Below, one piece after another: positions 46,412 through 57,786 of a stretch of DNA of 64,000 nt (positions are counted from its first letter, which is position 1; the number at the start of each line of letters is the position of its first letter). The DNA lies in the NCBI GenBank assembly GCA_963701855.1, contig CAVPBK010000006.1, positions 576,001 to 640,000 on the forward strand. Reading direction: 5' to 3'. The position numbers and the translations under genes were made by a program. This DNA is from Nitrospirota bacterium (GTDB lineage: Bacteria > Nitrospirota > Nitrospiria > Nitrospirales > Nitrospiraceae). Under the pieces are notes generated by a model. It saw nothing but the letters and a program-made list of their open reading frames with translations, was not told the origin of the DNA and searched no databases.

Positions 46412-48514
46412 TCACCCGCCGGTCTTGAATCGGTAACTCGCGCCGACCATCAGAGCAAATGGTGCCTGAGGACTCACGAAAATATCCGCAGGGGTCGCAT
46501 TGATCGGATTGCCAAAGTTAATGGCCGTCTCACTCAAGCGGTCCGAGGGATACCAAATCACATCGGCAAACCCAGTCCATCCGCTCTGGTGCCCATAGAA
46601 GAGACGCCCGGATATGCGTTGGTAGGGATTGGTCGTGATCATTCCGTCTTCCGTTAGCATCTTTTTTCCAATGAACTCGACATACAACTGCCCACCGACA
46701 CGATGAGGGGAATTCTCGCCACCCAGCGGCACATCAGCGTCGCTGCCGATCTTGACGATATAAGCGGGCACATTGGGCACATAGGCGACTGGAGATTGGT
46801 CTGTGAGGGTCGCGCGGATCTGCGTGTAGTTCACGAATATGGACGCTTGGCCCTGGTTGTCCTGACGCACAAAATAACGGGCTTCGATATCGTATCCCTC
46901 TCGGATGGAGTGCCCAAGGTTCTGCGGGTCGAGCCCCGCGGTAGCCTGGAAGATCTCTTGGGTCAGGGTGGTGTACCACAGATCCGCCAAGAACTTAAAG
47001 CGCGAGGTGGGCTGGATTTGAATGCCCACTTCCCGGCTCCGTAGTTTGATCGGCTTCACGGTGGAGTTGAATATGACATCATTTACCACGCTGGGGGATC
47101 GGAACCCTTCACTGTAATTCGCAAATATTTCCAGCCACGACACCGGTGTCACTGCGATCCCGGCCTTCGGACTCCAGACACCGGTGTCTGTGGTTGGGAC
47201 GGAGCTGGTGGAAAGCTGGTTATTAACGTCATACCAGAAGTGGTCGTAGCGGGTTCCTCCCGTCAGCTTGACCCATGACAGAGGTTGCACTTGAGCCTGG
47301 ATATATTCTCCCAATCCCTGTTCTGTATAATTGAGATTCACCACGTCCGGCCCGCTGGCCATACGACCCACCGTGGGCATTTGCGTGACCCCCACTGAAT
47401 CGTTTCGGAAGTTGGTTCCGACCAAGAGCTGAGCTGGTATGAGATCAAACAGACTAGAGGTCCATGTTTTTCTGAGGGTCAGTCCTGAGGTCGTCCGCTC
47501 TTCTCTCTGCTCCCGCTGCCCACCGCCGAAATCCGCAAAGCGAACGAAGATATCATGATTCACAAATCCCGTGGCGGTCAGTGCCTGGTCTAGATCGCCC
47601 AAGAGATAGTTAAGCACCACGTTTTGGAGTTCTTTGTTGCCTCCGTCCGACGAATTGACGGCCGTCTTTGGACTCAACGCCCCCGATTGCACTAAATCCC
47701 GTGAGATATACCCCGGAGCGCCCCAGTCCCCGCCGTAGAATTGCGTTCGAATGGTAAAATCCCCATATTTGGTCGGCGCTGTCACCTTCCCAAAAAGGTT
47801 GTAGCGCTGATACCCTTGGTTATCGCGGTACCCATCGGTTGTATAGCCCTCAGCCGCCAAATAGGGCACAATTGCGCCTTCCTTTGCACGGGGTTGGCTA
47901 TAAGTCATAATTCCTCGGCCAGTGTTAAAATATCCCCCGTAGCCCTTCACTTCTCCGGTAGAGTCAAACCGTTTCGTCACGATATTCACCGACCCTCCCA
48001 GATTAGAGTCTCCGTACAAGGCGCTGACCGGGCCTCGAATCACTTCTAATCGCTCCACCGTTTCAGGAATCAAGATGTTGAGGTCGGCATAGTTCGGCGT
48101 ATGAATGCTAGACACCGCATTGATCGGGACGCCATCAATAAAATACGCCACATCGCGGCCATGCTCGAGGTCTGTGAAGCCGCGGATGGCGATCCCATTC
48201 CCGATCCCGCCCTGCCCGAAGTTGTTCACGTTGAAGCCAGGAAGGGGACGAAACAGATCTACATAACTGTTCACGATCGGGGTTCGCTGGATAGCCCCAG
48301 CATCGAGAATTGTGGTCGCCGCGGGCAATCCAACCGGGTCAGCGGTCACGTCTGTTCGGGAGAGATGTTTCCCTTGCACCACGACTTCTTGGATCTCAAC
48401 CGGAGCCGAGTCTGCCTGCTCGTCTGCCGCAAGCGCGACTACCACCGCTTGAGGGGAGATGAGCCATAACGCCCATGTCCCTATCACGAGCATACGACCG
48501 AACAACGTGCGCAT
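46412..48514 (-). CDS. TonB-dependent receptor
   Basis: EVVVQG TonB-box-like; plug IRGF...IDGVP...RLEVIRGPVSALYG..LGGSVNIVTK; C-terminal ASYRF. Confidence 0.93.
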   Translation of the reverse strand: MRTLFGRMLVIGTWALWLISPQAVVVALAADEQADSAPVEIQEVVVQGKHLSRTDVTADPVGLPAATTILDAGAIQRTPIVNSYVDLFRPLPGFNVNNFGQGGIGNGIAIRGFTDLEHGRDVAYFIDGVPINAVSSIHTPNYADLNILIPETVERLEVIRGPVSALYGDSNLGGSVNIVTKRFDSTGEVKGYGGYFNTGRGIMTYSQPRAKEGAIVPYLAAEGYTTDGYRDNQGYQRYNLFGKVTAPTKYGDFTIRTQFYGGDWGAPGYISRDLVQSGALSPKTAVNSSDGGNKELQNVVLNYLLGDLDQALTATGFVNHDIFVRFADFGGGQREQREERTTSGLTLRKTWTSSLFDLIPAQLLVGTNFRNDSVGVTQMPTVGRMASGPDVVNLNYTEQGLGEYIQAQVQPLSWVKLTGGTRYDHFWYDVNNQLSTSSVPTTDTGVWSPKAGIAVTPVSWLEIFANYSEGFRSPSVVNDVIFNSTVKPIKLRSREVGIQIQPTSRFKFLADLWYTTLTQEIFQATAGLDPQNLGHSIREGYDIEARYFVRQDNQGQASIFVNYTQIRATLTDQSPVAYVPNVPAYIVKIGSDADVPLGGENSPHRVGGQLYVEFIGKKMLTEDGMITTNPYQRISGRLFYGHQSGWTGFADVIWYPSDRLSETAINFGNPINATPADIFVSPQAPFALMVGASYRFKTGG

Positions 48515-48637
48515 GGATCCACGCCTTTCTTGTTCCCTGATGGGTCAATAGCAACCCAAGGGAATCTATGAATGGCTACGTGAGCAGCCGACGCAGACCC
48601 TCGTGATCTGGCAACAACGATGCAGTGTAATATCTGG

Positions 48638-49062
48638 CTAGACCTGCGGGACTGAGCTGACCAAGAAACGGACTCGCGACAGGGACTGCGTAATCAACGC
48701 TTCGAGGGTATAGGCCCCAGAGCCCACAATTTCCACGCGAGCCCGATTGAGGGGCAGCAGGACCTTCGTGGCCCATGCGCTGAGGATGGCTTGCGCGATC
48801 TCCGGTGTCACCTCACCGAGCATCGCGCCTGGCAATACCAAATTCAACGAGGTAATAATCACGTCCACTGTCGGCAGCATGTCGACAATCGCACGAAACC
48901 CGACACCGACCTGCGTCGCGCCGGCCTGTTGCATCGCCGCCGCCGCCACAGTATTGGTCCCCAACGCGACAATGTCATGATCCTCGCCGAGTTCCGACGG
49001 AGTCCTGTGACCAGCCGAGAACCAAGCCCACCACCACGCCCGTCGATAACACATAGACGCAT
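48638..49062 (-). pseudogene. DUF3842-family gene with a 1-bp frameshift
   Basis: MRLCVIDGRGGGLGSRLVTGLR in one frame and ELGEDHDIVALGTN...MLGEVTP..KVLLPLN in another; the shift is near 48997. Confidence 0.82.
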
Positions 49063-49065
49063 CGC

Positions 49066-49482
49066 CTACACCAGCCCCTTACCCGTCGTCGTCATGGTGA
49101 GTTTTCCATGCTTCACGCCCTTGACCGACACCAAAGCGTCCCCCACCTTCCTGATCTCAGACCCCTTCCCTTTCACCACCAAGACCTCAAGACAATGGTC
49201 ATGGTCGAGATGGACATGCATTCCGGCCATGATGTGGCCTTGAAAGTCATGCTGAATATGGGTCAGTTTCCTTGTCAAGTCGCGCACATGATGGTCGTAG
49301 ACAAACGTGATGGTCCCGACCGTCTCTTTATCGTCGTCCCACTCCTGCCCGACCAGGTTATCCCGGATCAGATCCCGCAACGCCTCCGAGCGATTCGTAT
49401 ACTTGCGCTTCTTGATGTGCAGATCGAAATCATCAAGCAGATGATGGTCCAACGACACACCGAATCGAATGAGCTTCTTCAT
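49066..49482 (-). CDS. nikR: Nickel-responsive regulator NikR
   Basis: RFGVSL ribbon-helix-helix, NRSEALRDLIR, YDHH, HVHLDHDHCLEV. Confidence 0.95.
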   Translation of the reverse strand: MKKLIRFGVSLDHHLLDDFDLHIKKRKYTNRSEALRDLIRDNLVGQEWDDDKETVGTITFVYDHHVRDLTRKLTHIQHDFQGHIMAGMHVHLDHDHCLEVLVVKGKGSEIRKVGDALVSVKGVKHGKLTMTTTGKGLV

Positions 49483-49495
49483 GGCATTATCATGA

Positions 49496-49522
49496 GTAGC
49501 ACGATTTTTATAAACGTAGCAT
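49496..49522 (-). promoter_or_regulatory. Candidate NikR operator
   Basis: ATGCTAC-N13 (AT-rich)-GTGCTAC on the minus strand, 13 bp upstream of the nikR ATG. Confidence 0.6.
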
Positions 49523-49677
49523 CCTAGGAAACACAAGTCAATGCAGCGTCGTCACAATCAAACAGGGAACAGACTTGGCTGGAATTTATCCTTTCAACAT
49601 GCTGGGGGGGGATTAGACTGCGGGCACATTCTAAGACCTTTTGCTGCCCTCTCTGAGACATCACACTTTCGCTACTA

Positions 49678-49922
49678 AGGGAGTCGCCGGACTGTCCTTC
49701 ACTGCACGCATCGAGCAACCATGGTTTCATCGTGGGGGCTCTGCGAGCAAGAAGGATGGGCCTGGTTGCTTCCTCCTCATCCTTCTGAGCCTACACATTC
49801 TCCTTGAAATCTACTCTCCCTAAAAGCGGGGTGACCAGGCGCGCCTCAGACTGCGCGCGTCCAACGAGCACCTTCCAAGCGTGCGCGTTGCGCGAGCACG
49901 TGAGGTGGTCGGCCACCCCGCA
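49678..49922 (+). repeat. Structured hairpin repeat family A (two units)
   Basis: ACTGCACGCATC...GCGAGCAA and ACTGCGCGCGTC...GCGAGCAC with distinct arms. Confidence 0.8.
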
Positions 49923-49927
49923 CTCTT

Positions 49928-51340
49928 CTATTCGCTCTTCACGGGAATATACATGACGTTCCCCTGCCGATTGACCAGCAGGAGGGCAAGGTCGGATGGC
50001 TTAATCGGATCGGCCAGCCGCTGAAACACGGTGAAGTTGGGAACAGGCTGACGATTAAGTTCCACCACCACGTCGCCCGGTTGGAGGCCGGAGGATTCCG
50101 CCAGACTGCCTTCTTCGATGTCCGTGACTACCACCCCGGTGGTGACAGTCAGATCCATCTGCCGAGCCAACGGCACAGTGACTTCGTCGAAGACGACGCC
50201 GGCAAGGGGATGAGCCGTGGCAGCTGAGGCCGATCCGGCTTGATTCTTCTTGGTCCGGTCACGCGGCGCCTCCTGCACGACCAATTCAGCCTGGTACGGC
50301 TTACTCTCCCGCATGAGATCAAGCCGATGCTTACTCCCGACCGTAGACGCAGCCACGAGGTTCCGAAGATGTCCGCTGTCCATCACGTCGCGCCCGTCGA
50401 ATCGCACGATCACATCGCCACGCTTGAGTCCGGCTTTCTCAGCGGACCCTTTCGCCTGCACGTCGGTCACGATCGCGCCTTTCACGTCTGGGAGACGAAA
50501 GACCTTGCCTAACAGGGGCGAGACATCTTGTGTCGAGGCGCCGAGGAACCCACGGACAACGTGACCGGTCTTGAGCAAGCTCTGCATAGCAGACCTGGCC
50601 ATATTGCTCGGAATGGCAAAGCCCACACCGACGCTCCCGCCTGTAGGACTGGCAATGGCAGTATTGATCCCCACCAATTCTCCATTGAGAGTCACTAAGG
50701 CGCCACCGGAGTTGCCTGGATTGATGGGGGCGTCGGTTTGAATGAAATCTTCGAAGTCGGCGACACCGACATCGGCCCGACCGACAGCACTGACAATGCC
50801 GAACGTCACACTCCGGCTCAAACCAAGCGGGTTCCCAATCGCAAGCACAAATTCACCGACGGCGAGCGTACTCGAATCCCCCCATGTCACCGTCGGCAGA
50901 TTGGTCGCTTGAATTTTTACCACGGCCACGTCGGTTTTCGGATCGGTGGCCACCACTCGTCCTTTATATTGCCGTCGGTCGGCGAGAATCACTTCCACAT
51001 CGACCGCATCCACGATGACATGGTTGTTCGTCATAATGTAGCCGTCCGACGACACAATGACGCCGGAGCCCTGGCCATATTGTCGCCGAGACGGGACATC
51101 CTTGAACAATCCGAACGGCAGCGCTTCGTCGCTGAATGCTTGATCTCGAACCATCACCGTCGAGGCAATGCTGACGACAGCGGGAATCACTTTGGTCGCG
51201 GTGGCCTTGACCTGCGCCTGAAGTTCACCCCCGCTCGCCATGGAAGCCGCACGACTCTCGGCCAGTGCTTCTCCACAGACGAACAGACCCCACACACAAA
51301 GCCCGGTCACAATTCGCAAGATCACATTGGGTTGAAACAC
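49928..51340 (-). CDS. DegP/DegQ (HtrA) serine protease with two PDZ domains
   Basis: TNNHV, DVAV, IQTDAPINPGNSGG. Confidence 0.93.
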   Translation of the reverse strand: MFQPNVILRIVTGLCVWGLFVCGEALAESRAASMASGGELQAQVKATATKVIPAVVSIASTVMVRDQAFSDEALPFGLFKDVPSRRQYGQGSGVIVSSDGYIMTNNHVIVDAVDVEVILADRRQYKGRVVATDPKTDVAVVKIQATNLPTVTWGDSSTLAVGEFVLAIGNPLGLSRSVTFGIVSAVGRADVGVADFEDFIQTDAPINPGNSGGALVTLNGELVGINTAIASPTGGSVGVGFAIPSNMARSAMQSLLKTGHVVRGFLGASTQDVSPLLGKVFRLPDVKGAIVTDVQAKGSAEKAGLKRGDVIVRFDGRDVMDSGHLRNLVAASTVGSKHRLDLMRESKPYQAELVVQEAPRDRTKKNQAGSASAATAHPLAGVVFDEVTVPLARQMDLTVTTGVVVTDIEEGSLAESSGLQPGDVVVELNRQPVPNFTVFQRLADPIKPSDLALLLVNRQGNVMYIPVKSE

Positions 51341-51514
51341 GCCACGGTCCTTTCTAGCAGGATGCTGAAAAAGTCCGCCAGTCTATCTTGTTCATTTAGT
51401 CTGTCTGGTCTATCTGGTTAGTCACATGCACCCAACCAAACTAGACAGACCAGATAAACCAGATGACCGGACGGCAAACGCTTGTAGCCTAGCATGCGTG
51501 CCTCGGAGGCGCAC

Positions 51515-54055
51515 TTACAATTCCACATGACGCAGCCGAAGGGCATTGGAGATGACGGATACAGAACTGAAGGTCATAGCGGCACTGGCGATCATAGGGC
51601 TCAAGAGTATTCCCCAAACTGGATACAGCACGCCGGCCGCGATCGGCACCCCGATCACGTTATAGAGAAACGCAAACAAAAGATTTTGCCGAATGTTCCG
51701 CATCGTGGCTTGGCTCAGCCTCCGCGCACGGAGCAGCCCGCGCAGATCTCCTTTCACCAGCGTCATCCCCGCGCTCTCAATGGCCGTGTCCGCTCCCGTT
51801 CCCATGGCGATCCCGACATCGGCCAACGCCAGGGCCGGAGCATCATTGATACCATCGCCGGCCATCGCCACCACGCGGCCTTGCGACTTAAGGCGGGCAA
51901 TGATCTCTCCCTTTTGCTCAGGTAAGACTTCAGCCATGACTTCCTCAATGCCAAGTTTCCGGGCCACTGCTTCTGCCGTATCGCGATGATCTCCCGTCAC
52001 CATGACGACGTGAATGCCTTCGCCCCTGAGTTCCTGCACCGCGTCACGAGTAGAGGCCTTGATCGGGTCCGCCACGCCTAGTATGCCGGCAGTCTGCTCA
52101 TCAATGGCAACAAACAGGGTCGTCTGCCCTTCACAACGTAGCGAGGTTGCTTTTTCGTCCAACGGAGTGAGGCTCTGGCCGGATACCCCGATGTCGTTCC
52201 GCAAAAACGCGGCCGTCCCGATGGCGATGCGACGACCAGCGACCGTCCCGGTCACACCCTTTCCCGTCACTGAACGAAACTGCTCAACCGGAGCGCACGC
52301 GATCCCTCGCCCTTCTGCTCCCATCACGACCGCTGTAGCCAGAGGATGTTCGCTGCTTCGTTCAAGACTTGCGGCGAAGCGCAACAGATCGACATCAGAC
52401 CAAGGAGGCACAACCAGCACCGACAGCAGTTTCGGTTTGCCCTCTGTAAGGGTCCCGGTCTTATCAATCACAAGCGTATTCACCTTGCCGAATACCTCCA
52501 ATGCTTCAGCCTTCTTCACCAAGACACCCACCGTCGCTCCACGACCGGTCCCAACCATGATCGACATCGGCGTCGCCAATCCCAACGCGCAGGGACAGGC
52601 GATTATCAGAACCGCCACGGCATTGACCAGCGCATAAGCCAACTTCGGCTCCGGGCCCCAGATCGCCCAGGCCACTGCCGTGATCAGCGCAGCAACCACA
52701 ACCAGCGGGACAAAATACGCCGCGGTCACATCGGCAAGACGCTGGATCGGCGCCCGGCTCCGTTGCGCCTCACTGACCATCTGCACGATCCGGGCAAGCA
52801 TCGTGTCTCGCCCGACTCGTTCAGCGACCATCACAATCCCGCCTGTGCCGTTGATGGTCCCCCCTGTCACCCGCGCCCCCACTGTTTTTTCAACCGGGAT
52901 CGACTCCCCCGTGATCATGGATTCATCCACAGAAGTCGTACCTTCTTGGACCGTCCCATCGACCGGCACTCGCTCTCCTGGCCTGACACGCAGCCGATGG
53001 CCTACCTGAATGTGCTCAAGCGGCACATCTTCTTCCTGCCCGTCCTGCTTGATCAGTCTGGCTGTCTTCGGCGCAAGTCGAAGCAAAGAACGAATTGCGG
53101 AGCTCGTCTGACTCCGAGCCTTCAATTCAAGGACCTGGCCGAGCAGAACGAGCACCGTAATGATGGCCGCCGCCTCAAAATAGACCGCGATCGAGCCATC
53201 ATGCAGTCGGAATGAACTGGGAAGCAGCGTCGGCGCAACGGTGGCCACAGTGCTATAGCCATAGGCCGCTCCCGTTCCCATGGCAATGAGTGTGAACATA
53301 TTGGGTGCCCAGCTCACGACCGAGGTCCATCCTCGCTGGAAAAACGGCCAGCCACCCCAGAGCACCACTGGCGTCGCCAGCAGCCATTGCGCCCAGTTCC
53401 TCGTCGAGCCGGTGAAGGCCTGCGGAAGTGACAAGCCAGGCATCATATCGGCCATGGCCAGGAGCATGACCAAGAGGGAGGGTCCGAGACAGATCCAAAA
53501 TCGCCGGCTCATATCCGCAAGTTCGGGATTCCGTTCATCTTCAAGCGAGACAACTTTGGGTTCCAGCGCCATCCCACAAATTCGGCAAGCTCCTGGTTGA
53601 GTCTCAAGCACCTCCGGGTCCATCGGACAGATGTACTCGACCGCTCCACCGGATGGAACCGGCATGGCACGAGGAGTACGCTGCTCAGGAGGAGCCAGAT
53701 AGTAGGTCGGGTCGGTCCGAAACTTTGTGAGGCAACTCGTCGCACAAAAATAATAGGTCTTCCCTTGATACTCATAGGAACCGGCTGCTGTGGCCGGCTG
53801 CACCGTCATTCCGCACACGGGATCGATAGCTGCTACTCCGGTCACGGCCGGAGCAGGCTGCATCATCGGAAGAGGTCTTCTTGTGGTCGGTTTACCGGAG
53901 CTAGTCGGCCGTGGCTGCAACGCCCGCTCCGGATCGGTCTTGAATCGTTCCAGGCAGGACAGGCCACAGAAGTAGTAGCGTTGACCTTGATGGTCGTGAC
54001 TTCCGGCTGCCGTAGCCGGATCGACCGTCATTCCGCAGATTGGATCAATTGCCAT
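51515..54055 (-). CDS. copA: Cu(I)-translocating P1B ATPase with two YHS domains
   Basis: [41 protein letters not shown] and MxxSS. Confidence 0.93.
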   Translation of the reverse strand: MAIDPICGMTVDPATAAGSHDHQGQRYYFCGLSCLERFKTDPERALQPRPTSSGKPTTRRPLPMMQPAPAVTGVAAIDPVCGMTVQPATAAGSYEYQGKTYYFCATSCLTKFRTDPTYYLAPPEQRTPRAMPVPSGGAVEYICPMDPEVLETQPGACRICGMALEPKVVSLEDERNPELADMSRRFWICLGPSLLVMLLAMADMMPGLSLPQAFTGSTRNWAQWLLATPVVLWGGWPFFQRGWTSVVSWAPNMFTLIAMGTGAAYGYSTVATVAPTLLPSSFRLHDGSIAVYFEAAAIITVLVLLGQVLELKARSQTSSAIRSLLRLAPKTARLIKQDGQEEDVPLEHIQVGHRLRVRPGERVPVDGTVQEGTTSVDESMITGESIPVEKTVGARVTGGTINGTGGIVMVAERVGRDTMLARIVQMVSEAQRSRAPIQRLADVTAAYFVPLVVVAALITAVAWAIWGPEPKLAYALVNAVAVLIIACPCALGLATPMSIMVGTGRGATVGVLVKKAEALEVFGKVNTLVIDKTGTLTEGKPKLLSVLVVPPWSDVDLLRFAASLERSSEHPLATAVVMGAEGRGIACAPVEQFRSVTGKGVTGTVAGRRIAIGTAAFLRNDIGVSGQSLTPLDEKATSLRCEGQTTLFVAIDEQTAGILGVADPIKASTRDAVQELRGEGIHVVMVTGDHRDTAEAVARKLGIEEVMAEVLPEQKGEIIARLKSQGRVVAMAGDGINDAPALALADVGIAMGTGADTAIESAGMTLVKGDLRGLLRARRLSQATMRNIRQNLLFAFLYNVIGVPIAAGVLYPVWGILLSPMIASAAMTFSSVSVISNALRLRHVEL

Positions 54056-54145
54056 ATCACCTCAGAAGGAGTCTGAGTAGAAGTCCTGAGTTTTCGGACT
54101 CACAGTAGTTCAACACTCAGAACTCAGCACTCAGAACTTTCGAGT

Positions 54146-54796
54146 TTACTTCTTCCCATCGGCATCCAGAATGCTTTGGATGATCAGTTTGAGATTCTCC
54201 GGATCGATACTCTCCGCCTTAATATTCCCGTCGATGAGCACGGTTGGGGTAGACTGAACCTTGATACGCTCGCCCCACTTGCGCCCCTCTTCGAATATCT
54301 TAGCCGGCTTCCCACTGGCCATTCCTTCTTCAAACACTTTCGGGTCGAGGCCGACTTCCTTAATCAGGGCTTCCCGTAGCGAACGATCCAGAACTCCGGT
54401 GATCTTGTCTTTATGGATAGTACGAAAGAGGACGGCTTTCATCTCGTTCCCTTTTCCCATCATCTTCGCCTGCTCGTACATATCGAACGCAGTCGGCAGC
54501 TTGCCATGAATGACCGGGAACCCGACCATCGTAATTTCCAACTTGCTGCCGAACTCTTTTACGAGCAACGGCAATCCTGTTTCATCGAACTGATGACAAT
54601 GCGGGCAGTAGAAATCGGCAAACTCAATCAACTTCACCTTGCCGGGCGTATGCGTAGACACCTCGCCCGCCAGAATTTCGAACTTGCCCTTCAGATTAAG
54701 GGGCAAGGCGGTAGCTGGTGAGACCCAGAAGACGGCAACCGTCCATACAATCGCACAGACCGCTAAAGCCCATTGCACATACTGTCTGTTCGCCAT
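54146..54796 (-). CDS. DsbA-family thiol-disulfide oxidoreductase
   Basis: CPHC active site, STPT cis-Pro loop, signal peptide. Confidence 0.85.
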   Translation of the reverse strand: MANRQYVQWALAVCAIVWTVAVFWVSPATALPLNLKGKFEILAGEVSTHTPGKVKLIEFADFYCPHCHQFDETGLPLLVKEFGSKLEITMVGFPVIHGKLPTAFDMYEQAKMMGKGNEMKAVLFRTIHKDKITGVLDRSLREALIKEVGLDPKVFEEGMASGKPAKIFEEGRKWGERIKVQSTPTVLIDGNIKAESIDPENLKLIIQSILDADGKK

Positions 54797-54876
54797 ATCG
54801 ACTCCTTTCTTAGATCAACGCGGCTCGCCCATTATAGCGAATAGGCCACGAACTTACTCTTTGTTATACTGTGGCC

Positions 54877-55419
54877 ATGCCGGACAAGTTCCTGGCAAAT
54901 TCGCTGCTATCTGCCCTGTCCCTGCTCATCACGCTCACAGGATGCGCCTCGATGCAAGAAGCGGAGGACAGACAGGGTCTCACCTTTCTCCAAGTCAAGA
55001 CAACACCGGATTCTTTTAAAGGTCAATCGGCGGTCTTCGGCGGAAAAGTGTTGACAGCCAGGCGACAGAAAAACGGCACGAGGATTGAGATCTTACAGTT
55101 GCCGCTCGATCGATCACTGCGCCCCGTATACGACTTGACCCAGTCACAAGGCCGCTTCATAGCCGTGCAGCGAGAATTCCTCGATCCCGCGACCCTCCCG
55201 CCGGGAACCAGCGTCACCGTGACCGGCGAGATCTCCGGCACCATCACACTGCCATTGGATGAGACGGACTATACCTATCCCGTCATCGACATCAAACGTG
55301 TGCAAGTTTGGCCAAGATTTGAAGACGTGCCTCCCCATATCCGCCCCTATTATATGGGGCCAGGTCCCTATTGGGGACCTTATTGGAGCCCCTTCTGGCG
55401 GCCTTGGCCCTACTGGTGA
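54877..55419 (+). CDS. Slp family outer-membrane lipoprotein
   Basis: Lipobox LTGC; FGGKV, EILQLPL, SQGRF, FLDP, VTVTG, YTYP. Confidence 0.87.
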   Translation: MPDKFLANSLLSALSLLITLTGCASMQEAEDRQGLTFLQVKTTPDSFKGQSAVFGGKVLTARRQKNGTRIEILQLPLDRSLRPVYDLTQSQGRFIAVQREFLDPATLPPGTSVTVTGEISGTITLPLDETDYTYPVIDIKRVQVWPRFEDVPPHIRPYYMGPGPYWGPYWSPFWRPWPYW

Positions 55420-55420
55420 G

Positions 55421-55672
55421 CAGGATGCTGAAAAAGCCCGCCAGCAGGGGATGGGATAGCCCGATGAGTCCCCTGTGCTCGCGCAACGCGCGGCCTAGGA
55501 AGGCCCTCGTTGGACGCGCGCAGTGGAGGACTCATCCGGGCCACCGGGGATAACGTACACGAGCAAGCTTGGAAGGATCATCTTTGGTCGCTCCCTGCGG
55601 CCTTGCCCTGGCAAGGCGCGTCTTGGCGCGCCAGGGCCGGGCGGGTGAGAAGGTCGCCATTTTGAGCATCCT
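55421..55672. mobile_element. Family B MITE carrying a family A hairpin
   Basis: CAGGATGCTGAAAAAG...ATTTTGAGCATCCTG; internal TGCTCGCGCAACG...GACGCGCGCAGT. Confidence 0.78.
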
Positions 55673-55860
55673 GCGAGAGCGTTCTCCTGTGACGCTACAT
55701 GTACGGACCATCGAAATTCTTGCGTGCCTCAATAGTTTTTCCGTAGGCTGCAGAAACAGCAACGCCTCGGCTCCTTCTGGGCTTCCGAGGCATTCAGTTC
55801 ATCTCCATCGCGGTCAGCTCGATCAAGGCAGCTCAACTCTTTATCCTGCTCGCACAATCG

Positions 55861-56922
55861 TCATTGGCCTCCAGATCCGACGATCCGCGCGACACGATCG
55901 TCGCGTCCACCGAGGTTGAGGTACTGGTGATAGTGAGCCAGTGCTTTGGGTAGGTCTTTCCGATGTAACTCATAGAAGACACCCAAGTTGTAGTGCGCTT
56001 CAGCAGAGTTCGGTTTCAGCGCGACGGCTCTCTCATAGGACTGCTCGGCCTCATCAAGCCTGTTCAGCCCGGTATAGATCACACCCAGATTCATATGCGC
56101 TTCGGCATACTCCGGGCGATACCGCAAAACCTCAAGAAACTCCCGCTCCGCCTCCACAGGCTGGTCTTGGCTCCGATAAATAAACGCGAGGTTATAGTGC
56201 GCGTCCACTAACGCGGGCTTCGCCTCGATGGCCTGTTTATAGGAATAGGCGGCTTCCACGAGATCGTTGTTTTTCTCCGCCATCCGCCCGGCAAGGTACC
56301 AGCCATCGGCATACTTGGGATCAAGCTTGAGCAATCGACTCACCGTCTCTCGCGCCATACGACTGTCTCCCTGCGCTTCATACAACAATGCGAGATTGTA
56401 CAGGCCGTCACGGTGGTTCGGATGGACGGCCAGCAAGGCCTGATAGGTCTTGATGGCCGAGGCAAAGTCACGACGTTGTTCATACAGCTTGGCCAAGTCG
56501 AAGTACGAATCCGCATGGCGTGGATCAATCTCGATCGCCCGCTTGAGGGCCTGCTCCGCTTCGGCCGATTTTCCCTGAATCAGATAGACCTCGGCCAGAT
56601 CGTTCAAGGCATCAGGATATGCAGGCTTGAGCTTGATCGCGATGGTGAAGGCATCCACTGCCTGAGCCGCCTTCTTTTCTTTGAAATAGATCAGGCCGAG
56701 CAGATGGTGTGCTTCAGCTGAGGAGGGATTCAACGCGATGGCTTTCCTTGCAGCCTCGGATGCCGCGGCAAGGTCGCCTTTTTTCAGCAGTGCGGCGCCT
56801 CGCTCGTAATGCCGCTGTGCAGCATCCGGTTGCTCAGCCGCCGAGACCGGGACAAGAGGAGAAATTATAGCCGTGCACAGAGCGAATAACACCATGGCTC
56901 TATGCTGGATGAGACGGTTCAT
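55861..56922 (-). CDS. Tetratricopeptide repeat protein (secreted)
   Basis: Multiple TPRs (AEAHYNLG etc.). The longer ORF start lies within a family C repeat. Confidence 0.88.
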   Translation of the reverse strand: MNRLIQHRAMVLFALCTAIISPLVPVSAAEQPDAAQRHYERGAALLKKGDLAAASEAARKAIALNPSSAEAHHLLGLIYFKEKKAAQAVDAFTIAIKLKPAYPDALNDLAEVYLIQGKSAEAEQALKRAIEIDPRHADSYFDLAKLYEQRRDFASAIKTYQALLAVHPNHRDGLYNLALLYEAQGDSRMARETVSRLLKLDPKYADGWYLAGRMAEKNNDLVEAAYSYKQAIEAKPALVDAHYNLAFIYRSQDQPVEAEREFLEVLRYRPEYAEAHMNLGVIYTGLNRLDEAEQSYERAVALKPNSAEAHYNLGVFYELHRKDLPKALAHYHQYLNLGGRDDRVARIVGSGGQ

Positions 56923-57338
56923 GGTCAGCCAGCCTGTCTTGCTCATTTGGTCTGTCTGGTCTGTCTCGTTTATTTGGTTTATTTGGTTTGTTTGGTTGAA
57001 CCGATCAACTCGATGAACTAAACAAACCAGATAGACCAACCAACCGAGAAACCAGATGAACCAGCTGGACCCGCACCAGTCCAGCAAACTATAAACGGCA
57101 GCAACCATGAAATCAACGAAGGCGCCTGACTGCAATGATACGCGAAAAAACATTCGAGGATGAGCAGCCGGTTCGGCGAGAGGGAAGAATGATCATCAGC
57201 GAGCATGAAATGGATGCGTGATTGTAAGACATGGCCCCCACCTATTGACGTGGGCAAGAGTGAGAGGCGTTCCCTACCCTATGCAAGGAGATAGGACCAT
57301 TGTGAGGTGACCCAACCCGTGTGACCTGCAACGGGTAA

Positions 57339-57578
57339 TTAAACGGTGGTTGCTTCAAGCGATCGAATCTTTTTCTCAATGGCTCTTGGAAAATTTACAA
57401 AGACGAAGTGGGCCTTGTGATAGAGGTAATCCTCTCCACTTTCATCCATGATCCGCACCAGATCGTCCTTGGCAGCTTGTGGGTCTGGGATGATTAGATA
57501 CACCTTGCCAGGAATCAAAGAGGCTTTATAGTCGGTGTTATCCACGCAGAGGGCGAATGATTTTGCTAGGTGTCTCAT
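57339..57578 (-). CDS. Small conserved protein with DESGEDYLY motif (putative antitoxin/immunity)
   Basis: FALCVDNTDYKASL..GKVY...RIMDESGEDYLY; ATGA overlap with the upstream partner. Confidence 0.75.
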   Translation of the reverse strand: MRHLAKSFALCVDNTDYKASLIPGKVYLIIPDPQAAKDDLVRIMDESGEDYLYHKAHFVFVNFPRAIEKKIRSLEATTV

Positions 57579-57750
57579 GATTCCTCCAAGTACCGCTTGA
57601 TTTTGAGATCCCGCTTTCCTATACCGTGAGCTTCATACCAATGAATCTCTACCATTCGCAGTGCACCGTTCGGCAACCGGACAGTCGCGATTCCTTTCAG
57701 CTTCCGCCAGCGGCCTGGACCGTAGGCCTTGCGGAGATAGCGCCGGACCG
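57575..57750 (-). pseudogene. 5'-truncated putative toxin (GRWRKLKG...HWYEAHGIG family)
   Basis: YGPGRWRKLKGIATVRL...EIHWYEAHGIGKRDLKIKRYL; its N-terminus is replaced by attC-like DNA. Confidence 0.65.
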
Positions 57751-57786
57751 TCGGGCGCGACGGCTCCATTTGCGTGTTAGCCCGCG
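57745..57786 (-). other. Left half of an integron attC site
   Basis: CGCGGGCTAAC-ACGCAAATGGAGCCGTCGCGCCCGACGGTCC; the inverse core contains the TAA stop of the DUF3800 gene. Confidence 0.65.

Noticed and set aside
56923..57153. N-terminal extension of the TPR ORF (also 26623-26787 and 60735-60758)
   Set aside because: Read-through of family C or family A repeats; better starts lie downstream.
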